From: Mobula hypostoma
Lineage: Eukaryota
Assembly: GCF_963921235.1 (NCBI RefSeq)
Contig: NC_086097.1
Location: 132,620,001 to 132,684,000, forward strand
Reading direction: 5' to 3'
DNA: 64,000 nucleotides
Both the position numbers and the translations under genes were made by a program. Below are positions 37,438 through 48,879 of this stretch, in pieces. How positions within the stretch are numbered: position 1 is the stretch's first letter; each line of letters starts with the position of its first letter. The notes below the pieces were generated by a model. It did no database searches. It was given only the letters and a program-made list of their open reading frames with translations, and was not told the origin of the DNA.

Positions 37438-38543
37438 AAAATCTTACAGTTACTCATTGGGCAGAACATCAATCTAATGTTAATCGAAGGAATAAATATC
37501 TGATAAAACTTGGTATCATGTCACAAGAGGCCACAGACTGGAAAGCGGTAGCTGTTAAGGAGCATCACCACATGAGGAGTGAGATGGACAGGTAGAGGCG
37601 CAGAGGATGTGAATTTCAGAGCCTGGGCCCAGTCAGTGAAGGCTTTGCCTTCACTGGAAGGAACCATGGTTGGGATAAGGGTCAAGAGGCAGTTAGAGGA
37701 AAGAGAGGAGAAATACTAATTTCTGAGGTGCATCGTCTAAATGGTTCATCAAATACTTCAGCTATAATCAAAATATGGTCTATTTCAGTTGCACTCAAGA
37801 ATTCCCCTGCATTTTACATAATTAGTCCAATCATGAAAACATCAAATGCAATACTAAAGAGTGTCCTCTATACAATAGTCTAAAGGAACTTGAGCAACTA
37901 ACAAAATGCTCAAGGAACTGAATGGATCTCTGAACGACGAAGGGCTTCAATTCCAAACATTGACTGTCCATTTGCCTCCACAGTTGCTGCCTGACCTATT
38001 CAATTCCCGCATCTTATTTGTTGCCCAGATTCCAGCATCTGCAGTCTCTGGTTTCTCCAATCCGAAGAACCTTCTTGAGACATTCCTTCAAACCCTCCCG
38101 CACATTTAGGCAAAACAGCTTGCCGCAGGTTTGTACAAGTGGGAATCTGCCTCACTCCTGTAAGATATTTTGCAAGTTCAAGAGTTACTTTATAAGACAT
38201 CAGCTTGAACAGAAAGAAACATAATCAATTTTACAATTAATCAAAATCAGTTATACAAATTACATTATGCAGGGACATCTAAAAGTGAAATCATAGTTTA
38301 TGAATAGCCCAGTTTAAATATTACACAGTATGAATCATCTAAAGATTGATTATGCTGCCCAGATGGTCTATGCCAGCATTTAGATTCTATTATAGACTCT
38401 TTACCATTTATCTTTGCCCCATGTAATACTCCATGGATCCTATTAATTGTAATTGGTATATTATTGTCACTTATACTGAGATGCAGTGAAAAGCTTTAGG
38501 TTGCATGCCCAACACACAGATTGTTCCATACATGAGTACATCA

Positions 38544-39021
38544 TCACTGGAGGAACTCAGCAGGTCGGGCAGCATCCATGGAAACGAACAGGAACATTGA
38601 ATTCTCCAACTTCTGGTAATTCCCTTCCCCTCCCTTCCCCTATCCCAGTTTCACTCTGCCCCCTCCTCCAGCTGCCTATCACCTCCCTCATTGTTCTGCC
38701 TCCTTCTACTACCCATTGTGCTTTCCCCTATTCTTTCTTCACCTTTCTTGCCTATCCCCTCCCTGCTTCCCCTCCCCCACCCCTTGACCCCTTGATCTTT
38801 CCCCTTACTGGTTTTTCACCTGGAACCTACCAGCCTTCTCCTTCCCACCCTCCCCCCACCTTCTTTATAGGGCCCCTGCCCCCTCCTTCTTCAGTCCTGA
38901 CGTAGGGTTCCGGCCCGAAACGTTGACTGGTCGTTTCCACGGATGCTGCCCGACCTGATGGGTTGCTCCAGTGTTTTGTGCGTGTTGCTTTGACCCCAGC
39001 ATCTGTAGAATATTTTGTGTT
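38544..39021 (+). mobile_element. Penelope-like 3' fragment with inverted 5' piece
   Basis: 13-bp TSD CATGAGTACATCA (38531-38543, 39022-39034). NIEFSNFW* ORF end. 38547-38587 is the reverse complement of 38930-38971. Confidence 0.9.
38892..38929 (+). ncRNA. Minimal type I hammerhead ribozyme motif
   Basis: CAGUC-CUGACGU-A-GGG-UUCCGG-CCC-GAAAC-GUU-GACUG. Palindromic AACGUU is intact; the A9 position reads U. Confidence 0.7.
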
Positions 39022-40029
39022 CATGAGTACATCAAGGTAGTACAAAAGAAAATCATGCAAAGTCCACTCTTACATCTACAGAGAGAGAGCAGTACAAATA
39101 AAGTGCAAGGACCACGCTGTGGTTGATTGAGATTGAGAGTTTCTCTCTATGATATAAGGCCATTCAAGAATCTTCTAGCAGTGGGATAGAAGCTGTCCTT
39201 GAGCCTTGGGGTATGTGCTCTCAAGTGTTTGTATGTTGTGCCTGATGGAAAAGGGAAGAAAAGTGGGGGGGGGGGTCTTTGATTAGGCTGGCTACTTTTC
39301 TGAGGCAGTGCGAAGTGTGGTTAGAATCAATGGTGGAGAGGCTGGCTTGAGTGATAGATTGGCCGCATTTACAATTCTTTGTAATTTCTTGCAGTCTTAG
39401 GCAGAGCAATTGCCATACCCAGCTATGATATATCCTTTCTTAATGTATCTGTAAAAATTGGTGAGGGTCATTTAGAATATTTTGAATATTCTCAGCCATC
39501 TGAAGAAGTAAAGATGCTATTGTGCTTTCTTGGCCATAGCAACTACATGAGCCCATATCACTTCTAATCAGATGAGACTTATGCTTTTTTCTGACTTCAT
39601 TTCACTCCTTTACTTCTAGTTTTATCAGAGAAACACCAACTAATTCTTAAGGTGGATTTTTAGATAACAAATTTCTTCAATTAATGTAGCTTCTGTATCT
39701 CAACAGTGTAATAGTGTTGCTCAGAAGTGATAGTCAGGCCAGCTGAGGAATGATTGACAGGAGCCCTCCTGGGCATCTTTATGTCATTCAGAGCCTGAAT
39801 TGATTGGCAGTACTTGAAGTATATGCTGCCTCACAATGATTGCATCAAATTAACACAACCTACTTAATCCCATGCCAGGTCGGGGGGAAAAGAAAGAATT
39901 TCTTCCAAATGTAGTGAGACAATCCATTTTCTATTTCTAAAACTTCCCTCAATCCAAGCCTGAAAGTAATGGCATAAAGATAAAATTTTGAAGACACTTC
40001 CCTAACAGATCAGACTGGCCATTTTTTCT

Positions 40030-40285
40030 TTATTTATTCGTTTAGAGAAACAGCATGATAACAACCCTTCCAGCAAAAAAGCCTGTGCCATCCAAATTAC
40101 ACTCACGTGACCAACTAACCTACTAACCTATACACCCTTGGTATGTGTGAGGAAACTGGATAACCCCGAGGAAACCCACGTGGTCACGAGGAGGACGTAC
40201 AATTTCCTGACAGTCAGTGCTGGAATTGAACCCAGGTGCTGGCACTGTTATAATGTTACACTAACTGCTGCTACTGTGCTGCCCT
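40030..40285 (-). mobile_element. V-domain SINE
   Basis: Reverse complement has GGGTTCAATTCC and CGTGACCACGTGGGTTTCCTCGGGGTTATCCAGTTTCCTCACACA. Confidence 0.75.
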
Positions 40286-40894
40286 ATCATTTTGTCAGTT
40301 TCTTGGCTCAGTTTTCCTTTTTTTTGTATTTGTATAGTCTATTCTTTTGGATATGTCCAACAAACTTGCTATTAATAACAGTTTATGTAGGCAAAGGAGC
40401 TTAATCTGATTTTCATTGCTACCCAAGTTGTCTTTATTAATCCTTTTGGTCTTACTCTATCTGAGCTATTCCCCTTGTTTTCCCCATCCCTCTTCTAATT
40501 CCTCTGCTACTGAAAGTTAACTTATTTTTCTCTTCTTTCCAGTTTTGACAAAGGATCCTGGACATGAAAAGTAAACTGTTTCTATTTTCAAATGTTGCCT
40601 GACCTGCTGTACTTCCAGAGATTTCTGTTTTTAAACCTAACAAGCAAGTGGTTGGTCTTCATCCAAAAACTGACCCTCACACAGGAGAAGACTATTGCTT
40701 CCTTAGGCTTGCTGTATCTTTCAGTCACGACTAATCTATGCTCCATCTTCATTTACCCATTATTTCTCTGATAGCACTGTGGTGAGACAAATCTTATAGA
40801 CAAAATAAGATACAGAAAGGAGATAGAGAGCTGAGGAGCATGACGTAAATACAGTAGTCTTTCCCGCAGTTGGTGACTGACTTTGGGGGAGGGG

Positions 40895-41320
40895 AGGGCA
40901 CAGTACATGACCATGTATGTATCAATGGTGCTGAGGTGAAGATGGTTAACGTTCTTACTAATTGTGGTCTGCTACCCAGGGGGTCCAGGGTGCAGTTGCA
41001 AAACAAGTTGTTGACTCACAGATCTAGATATGTGGAGATATGTTTGCTTGGATTTATAGTATTGAAGGCAGAGTTGTGGTAAATAAATAATAGTCTAATG
41101 TACAGAGGTATCTTTACTGTCCAGATGCACCAGAGATGAGTATAGGACCAGGAGATGGTGTCCACCATAGACCTGCTTCAGTGATAGGCAATTTGCAGTG
41201 AGTTAAGGTTGTCTGGAAGGCTGTAGTTGATAAATGCAATGACACTGTAAACCACTTCCTGATGGTGGATCTCGGAGCCACCAGTCTGTGGTATTGTCCA
41301 GGACTGTTCATCACTGAAAT
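40895..41320 (-). mobile_element. Old Rex1-like RT fragment
   Basis: gtattgaaggcagagt and aggggtccagggtgcagttgca correspond to SAFNT and CNWILD-type motifs on the minus strand. Confidence 0.55.
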
Positions 41321-42039
41321 GGTGTCATGGAGCTTTATGCTCACCTGACAGGCAGACACTTCAACATTTATCCTGTACATTATTTAGAAGAGGCCATTCA
41401 GGCCAACGGGTCTATGCAGAGGCTGCTCTTCATTTTGGCTACACTTCAGCCCCATGCTGATGATGTTTGGTCGCCCAGTGTGGAGGGGGTGAGTCAGGCA
41501 AAGGATCTCCAGGTCGGTTTGCTCCTGGGCCTGGCCAAGGTGGCCAACTTAACTAGTCCCATTTCCAATCTCATTATTCCCTGCACTCCTGCAACATTTT
41601 CTCTCTCACATGTCCATCAATATCACGTTTTATACTCATTGCAGTTAACTTACACCAAGGCACAATTTACAGAGGCCTATTAACCTAATTTAAAGCATGG
41701 CCTCCTGAGGGGAAACCATGTGGTCACAGAAAAACATGCAAGCTCCATACAAAGACCAGCTAAAGTAAATGTTGAAATGGGGTCCTTGGACAGATGACAC
41801 AGCTGCACTAACTACTACACCACCATGAAGCCCATCATTTTATGAAAGGCAATGCCTTTGGCAGTGCAGGCTTCCCTCACTATTGGTGGCATGGCCCAGT
41901 TCAAATCACACCAACATTTAGGCCCTGGGTTGAAAGTATTACCATGAAATCATCAACATTGTGGTAAACCATCTTCAACATCATTTAATTCCCTCACTTT
42001 TACTCAAAGTACATTCAATTGAAATAAGAACATTTTTGT

Positions 42040-42610
42040 TCAAGATGACTCTGACCGATTTTTTCAGATGCACCATAGAGAGCATCTGCCTGGATGCATC
42101 ACACCTTGGTATGACAACTGCTCTGCCCAAGACCACCAAGAATTACAAAGAATTGTGAACATAGCCAGTCCTTCACTCAAACCAGCCGTCCTTCCACTGA
42201 CTCCACCTACACTTCCCACTGCCTTGGGAAAGCAGCAACATAACGAAGGACCTCTGCCACCCTCTCCCCTCCTCTTCTCTCTTCTCTCCTCTCTCATTGA
42301 GCAAAAAATCTTGAGAACGTGAACCAGCAAACCTAGGGCCAGCTTCTATTCCAGTGTTATAAGACTATTGATCAGACCTCTCGTATACTGAAAGATGAAC
42401 TTTTGACCTCTTGATCTTCCAATCTATCTCATCATGGGCTTTACACTTTATTCTCCTACCTGCACCCCACACTCTCTGTAATAACAACCCTATATTCTGC
42501 ATTCTGTTCTTTTTCACAACTTCAATGTAATTATGCATGGCAGGACCTACCTGGATGGCATTCAGTACAAAAGCTTTTGCTCACTAAATGTGACCATAAT
42601 AATAAACAAA
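42040..42610 (+). mobile_element. Rex1-like 3' fragment
   Basis: LTDFFRCTIESI and GCITPWYDNCSAQDHQELQRIVN. Confidence 0.8.
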
Positions 42611-43044
42611 TAATGAATCAAAGAAAATCTTGTTTTATCCTGCTAACCCTGAATATATATTTTTGCAGTCAACTGTAACTTAACTTTCAACTCTGAAACC
42701 CGAGTTTCAGCTTACAGAGAAAATGACTGGAGTGTGCATTGACAGTTTAGGTTGGAGGCAAGGCAGGACTTATAGCAGGACTCTCTTCAAAGGCTCCATT
42801 TACTGCACAACCAGAGGCTATTTTAAACAGTATACTACAGCAAACAATTCACTTAAAGTGTCTCCACAAATTACAAAAGCCAGGAACTAGACAATAGCTA
42901 ATTCTCCTAATAAAAAAAGAAACAAACAGAGAATGGTGACATATGAAGCAAATTAGGAAGTGAGAACTCATTCCAAACTGAAAAAGAGCACTTTGCATTT
43001 ATATAGCACCATACGCTGGGTCAGTCTTTGAAGTATTTGAAATG

Positions 43045-43440
43045 GAATTGGGATTGGCTTATTACCGTCACAAATGCTGAGGCACAGTGGAAAACTTAGC
43101 ATGCTTTCCAGGCAGATGATGCCATACACAAGTAGAGAAGAGGATTTTGATAAATATTGTGTTACAGCCAAAGAGAAAACACAGTGCCAGTAGACAAATA
43201 AAGTGCAAGGCCAAGACAGGGTAGATTTGGAGATCAAGAATTTTTGTTTTTAGCATATGAGAGATCTTGATCAAGAGTCTGATGACAATGGGATAGAAGC
43301 TGTCCTTGAACCTGCCCTTAGGCTATTGTTTCTTCTGCCCAGTATGAGAGAATGGCTGGGGTGGGAGAGGTCATTGATTCTGTTGGCAGCTTTACTGTGG
43401 CAATCCGAATGCGGATCTTGTCAATAGAAGAGAGACTGTC
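43045..43440 (-). mobile_element. Rex1-like 3' UTR fragment
   Basis: Reverse-complement similarity to 42330-42600 and 61200-61500. Confidence 0.65.
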
Positions 43441-43599
43441 TTATGAAGGTCAAATTGAAAAATGAAAATCAAAGAAAAAGCTTCTTCAATGAAAACAAAA
43501 ATTGCTGGAAACACTCAACTAAACTGATTCCATAACCTATGGGCTCACTTTCAAGGACTCTACAATTCATGTCCTCAATATTATTTATTTGTTATTCTT

Positions 43600-45100
43600 G
43601 CAGTATTTTTTTCTCGGCTCAAGCTTGATGAACGGGCACAGCCAAGCACACTCATTTTTCAATTGCTGGGAAATTTTGAACAATTCAAGTGCTGTGGCTT
43701 TCTAGAGATTTTCATAAGTATTGTTGTGTAAGCCTAATTGTTTAATGCCATGGTTTTAGTGACTTTGGGATGATACCTGATGTCAATATTACTATTTGGG
43801 CAATGTATACCCTGTTCATGCTCCATGGTCTTTCAATTTCCTCTTTTAATTCAGCATATTTCTGATGATTTTCATTTATTAATTTCTATATGACATGTGT
43901 GCTTGCAGTGGCTATATCTATTAAGTAGGTTGTTCTCACTTGTTTATCCTGTAATATTATATCAGGATGGTTATTATAGATTGTCCTGTCTGTTATAATG
44001 GATTGGTTGTAATACAATTTGTAGGACCCTGACTCTAAAACTGGATCAGGCTTGTATATATAGTAAGGTATGGTGTCTTTTATGAGTTCGTATTTTAAAG
44101 CAAGATTTTGGTGAACGATGTGAATGCTGTTTTCCACTTGACTGTGCCTGTGTAAATGATCAGATTGAGTTAAACTGCTGCAGGATCCTGTAGTATGTTG
44201 AATTTTTTCTGGTTTCTTGTGGCATTTTCTGCATTTATTGTCTTGAATTTGATGGTCTTTTATTATGTATTTTGATATTTTTTTGTGTTAACCACCTGGT
44301 CCTGTATTACCACAAGGAACCCCTCTATTTCTAGGAAGAGGTCTCTAACTCTGAGTCAGGCATTTGACACTTCCTTGTTGACATGGAGTCTACTCAAATC
44401 ATGGGGATGTCCTCTATGGAGGGGCGTTTTCTTCCATTGGTTAACTTTTTCTCTTATAGTGATAGTTCCTTCATTTTTCTGGGTCTGTGCTTTCATTTAA
44501 GATTAGTGGTGTGTACTTCTTATCAGAATTGCATATGCACACATGGAGTACTAAATCTTGTTTTTTCTGATGAAAATATATCCTTAGAAGTTTTATAAGA
44601 CTGCTATGTAAATTGTTTGTCCTTTACTCACCTTCCTCTTTCTGTCCTAGGTAATGTTAATCTAAGTGCATTTGAGTGTACATAGTGTTTTCTAAAATTT
44701 GTCAATTCTTTGTAAATTTTCCAGAGTGGTTTTGGACCAAGATATTATGTCAAAAGAGTTGCTCATATGGGTATTATGAAAGTGTTTGTTGCCTTTGGTA
44801 TATTTTTACTATTAACTTGTGTTTCGCAGATGTTCTTAAGCCTTGATGTAAATTCTGTCAAAATTTTTCTCTTTATCTCACTATAATCTATCTTCTTTGC
44901 TTGTTGAAATCCCATGTACTAGCATGTTTTGTATTCATCCATCACTTATATTGTATCCTGCTGCTCTGTTTTAATATTCCACGAGCTCTATTGCAACTTC
45001 CTTTATGTTTAATGTTGTGCATTCATCTAGTCCAAAGTTCATGTTTATATCTTTAGAAAGTAGTTCTACTATTTGAATTAATTGCTTTAGATTTACTGAT
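43600..45100 (-). mobile_element. R4/Dong-clade-like non-LTR retrotransposon with restriction-like endonuclease (degraded)
   Basis: CRKC...H....C zinc knuckle at about 44185-44235. ORF 43886-44137 has HPDIILQDKQVRTTYLIDIA (PD..D). RT remnant KDINMNFGLDEC at about 45020-45060. Confidence 0.82.
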
Positions 45101-46244
45101 GTTTGACTTCCAGGGCTCAGTGATCAACATTGCTGGGGTCAGAAGTTTGCATTGTAGCATACATCATTCAAACACATCTTCAATCCACTGCAATGCCTTT
45201 GAAGATGAGTTATCTTTCTGTTCTATTATTATTATTATTATTTTGTTTTCTTTTGTACTTGTTCTGTTGGCTTCTTGTTCACATTGGTTGTTTGCCGGTC
45301 TTTGTGTGTAGCATTTATTTATATCTCCCTTGAATGCCTACAAAAAAATGAATCTCAGGGTACTATATGGTGATATGCACGTACTTTGATAATAAAATTA
45401 CTTTGAACTTTGAACAGTTTAAGCGGCTTTAGTTGTAAAAGAAACAAAGATAATGTGTCAGGTCAAAGACCCTTCTGAAACATTAACTCTTCTTCTGACA
45501 CAGTTTCCAACACTTCTGCTTTTATGTCGTTGATGGAATGTCATGTTCTTCTCAAAGCCTGGAGCCAGCTGACCAAAAGTGATATAACCCAATCACTCCA
45601 AATGTCAATACAACCCAGGCTCAAACCAGTCCCCATTATATTCAATTGTTTCTGAATCGCAGTTGCCACTGCATGTAGTAAAGAGGACTGCTGCTCTTGT
45701 GGGTTATTTTCAATAAATATATTCAAACCAAAACCATCCAATTAAAACAAATATATTTTATGCAATTTCTCAGCTCATATTCCTTATTCTTAGCCCTTGA
45801 AGGAAATGTAGAATCTTATTCTCTTTTCCCAGCTCTTTATCCATGCACTACTTAGTCTCCTAATACAATAGTTTGTCAGGTCAATTCCTTTATTTCCTTC
45901 AACCTGTTCAATTCATTTGCCTTGCTTGCCTTTCCTTCCACACTTATCAGTCTCACTGTCCTCATTTACTACCACCTCGTCGAACCAGGAATCTGAAGGC
46001 TTCCTAGTCAACACACCGCATGGTGTAATGTTCAACCAGGCTTGTGATGGACAGAAAGGAATCTGCTGGGCAAGTGCAAGCTGCGTAGTTAACCGGCAAT
46101 ATGAGGTCGGCACACAAGGACAAATCCTAAAATAGGGTAACACGTATTTACAAATAAACTTACATTTATGCGGAGCCTTTCATGTCACTTTTGGGACATC
46201 CCATCATGCTATAAAACAAATGAAGGACTTCTGGAAGTTCAGTC

Positions 46245-46678
46245 ACTGTGAGAGTAAAATGGCACAGAAATGAGCCATTTGGCCCAACTCATTCATGCTG
46301 ATCAAGATGATCACTTAATCTCATCCTATTTGCCCAAATCCTTTCCCATCCATGCATCTGTCTAAGAGTCTTTTAAATTTTGTTATTACACCTGCTTCAA
46401 CCTCTTCCTTGGGCATCTTCTTCCATATACACAGATCCTCTGTGTGAAAAAATGGCCTCTCAGATCCCTTTTAAATCTTTCCCACTCATACCTATGCCCT
46501 CTAGTTTTTGGTTTTCTAGTAAAAAGATGTGGTGCATTTACCTTAATGATGCCCCTCATGATTTTTGATACCTATATACGGTCTCCTACATCCATCCTGC
46601 CGAATCTGTCCCTATAACTCACTCACACTCTTGAATCCTGACAACATTCTCACTAACTTTCTTGGTATTCTTTCCAAC
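46245..46678 (-). mobile_element. CR1 3' fragment
   Basis: Reverse-complement CR1 3' UTR and ttggaaagaataccaagaa (LERxQ-like) end. Confidence 0.65.
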
Positions 46679-46819
46679 TCAATGATACTGTAACTTTGGA
46701 AGGAATTTTTCAAATACAGGAAGCACCCACAAGTACAAATGTGACAATGAATAATCTATTTGTTTAGTGATAGCAGGTCGGATGATGGAGAGAAGTCCTT
46801 TTTTCTTTTTGAAATGCCC

Positions 46820-47490
46820 TCTGGAGTGTTGTAGAATGGAGAGACTTAGAACTACAAGTTTATGGTCCCTGAAAGTGACATCACAAGATGGTGAAGATGG
46901 CTTTGAGCACACTGGCTTTCATTAGTCAGGGCACTGAGTATAGAAGTTGGAATCTTACGTTGCAGTTGTACAAGATGTTGGTGAGACTGCATTTGGAATA
47001 TTGTGCTCAGTTTTAGTCACCCTGTTATACGAAAGATGTCAGTAAACTGAAAAGAGTGCAGAGGAGATACTCAATGGCCTAAATAATACAGAAAGATTGA
47101 GCCGGCAATGAGTGCTGGGGAATGAGGGGTAATAGTACAGAGGTGCATAAAATCACAAGGGCATAGATATAGTGAATGCACTCAGACTTTTACACCAAGG
47201 TTGGGGTATTAAGAATTAGAGGACACAAGCGTAGGATTGAGGGGGGAGAAATTTACTAAGAACCTGAGGGGCAACTTTTTCACCCAGAGGGTTGTCCGTA
47301 TATGGAGTCAGCTACCAGAGGAAAAGCTGGAGAATGGTATAATAACAGCATTTAAAAGGCACTTAGACAAGTAAATTGTTAGAAAGGGTTTAGAAGGCTA
47401 AGGGCCAAACGCAGGCAAATGTGACTAGCTTGGATAGGAACATGGAATGGATGGGCCAAAAGGCCAGTTTCTATGCTATATGTTTGTAGT
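46820..47490 (+). mobile_element. CR1 3' fragment
   Basis: LQLYKMLVRLHLEYCAQF, KLKRVQRR, and ggggcaactttttcacccagagggt. Confidence 0.8.
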
Positions 47491-48879
47491 CTGACCCTAT
47501 GAGTGCTATGGGACCTTTACTGACTACCTGATAAAGCAGTTGTACCTGTGGGTAATGCAATATTTATATAACAGATTTTATTCTCCATTAGTAAGTGCCC
47601 TTTAAGTCAGTTGCTCCCTGGGTAACTTTGATTGCTGTATATATAGAGTTCTTGAAGTGAGTCCCACCTCTCTGGTTGGCATAGTGTAGGTGATACTATA
47701 TGTAGTCAATCATAATAAAGGCTAATGATCTGGTCATCATCACATCATTTCCACAAAATCATATTTTGTGTGTTTGTTTCTGTTATGCCATTGTGCTCGC
47801 AATCCAGATATTTGAACTAGCAATTTGGTAAACATGAGTTGGAATCATACCATCAAAACTTCTGGATACAAAATTAGTGAGTTGGAATTTGATGGAAAAT
47901 ATGACAGGGATCTCCAATGTAAATGTCAAATCTCTCAATATCTGATCCTTGATGAAACAGCACAGTGGTACTGGAAATGGACACATTAAACCTCTGCACA
48001 GATAAGCATTGTCATTAATAATTCCTATGGATTGAAAAACAAAAAGAATCAAATAGAAAGTTCCATGAATTAAGGGTGGCATCGTAGCATAGCCGATTTT
48101 GTCATTGCCTCACAGCTTCAGGGGCAGGGGTTCAATCCTGACCTCAGGGCAGTGTCAGGTGTTATGAACCAGAGGTCACAGATGATTGATAAAGAAAAAG
48201 ACACAAAATGAGAGCTGGTGAAGAGTCTCAGCCTAGAACGTCAACTGTTTATTTCCCTCCATAGATGCTGCCTGACACGTTAGTTCCTCCAGCACTTCTT
48301 GTGTGCTCTGCAAAATGAGAGAAAATGTTTTAATGCAACAAGTGACAAATTTAGAATATACTAAATAATACTGAGACAGAAACAGATTCCTTTCTGGTGT
48401 TCACATGGGGAATTTGATAAATATTCAGAGAAGATTGCAGTGATATGGTGTATGAGTGGATGACTGAGACCAACTGGATGTCTCGTTATAAGAGACAATA
48501 CTTTATGGGCTGAATAAACTCCTCATGCATTAGATGTTCAATGATCTGCAGACATCAGCATCAATCCCAAACTCATTCTTTTATTGATAAATGGAAGTAA
48601 CAATGGTGATTGGATCTGAAATGTACAAAGTTTCATGGCTAAAATTACAATTGCAAAACTAGCAATACCTGAGGCTCTTTCTACAACCATTTATTGACTA
48701 TTTTAAAAATCTGGCAGATCTTTTGACAAATAAAGTACCTCACTGATAGCATTAATCCTCTAACAACATTCAAGCTAAAATGATAATATTTAAATATTGT
48801 CCCAATAATTTATTGCTGATCATTATATACACAAAAATTCATTATCTCTAAAACCTCCAGTGAAGAATTATCATAACAA

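Larger units (their letters stand above)
35820..38543 (+). repeat. Old local duplication, copy 2
   Basis: Collinear with 3265-5007 after removing copy-specific insertions. Confidence 0.9.
38445..39545 (-). mobile_element. Rex1-like fragment split by a Penelope-like insertion
   Basis: tattattgtcac tail, and CLRKVASLIKDP motif in ORF 39221-39409. Confidence 0.65.

Noticed and set aside
38000..38200. Minus-strand ORF in the duplicated block as a host exon
   Set aside because: The paralogue shifts frame after AGGF, and the ORF runs into a repeat.
47783..48082. 99-aa minus-strand ORF
   Set aside because: No recognisable motif or convincing splice sites, and it starts in a SINE head.
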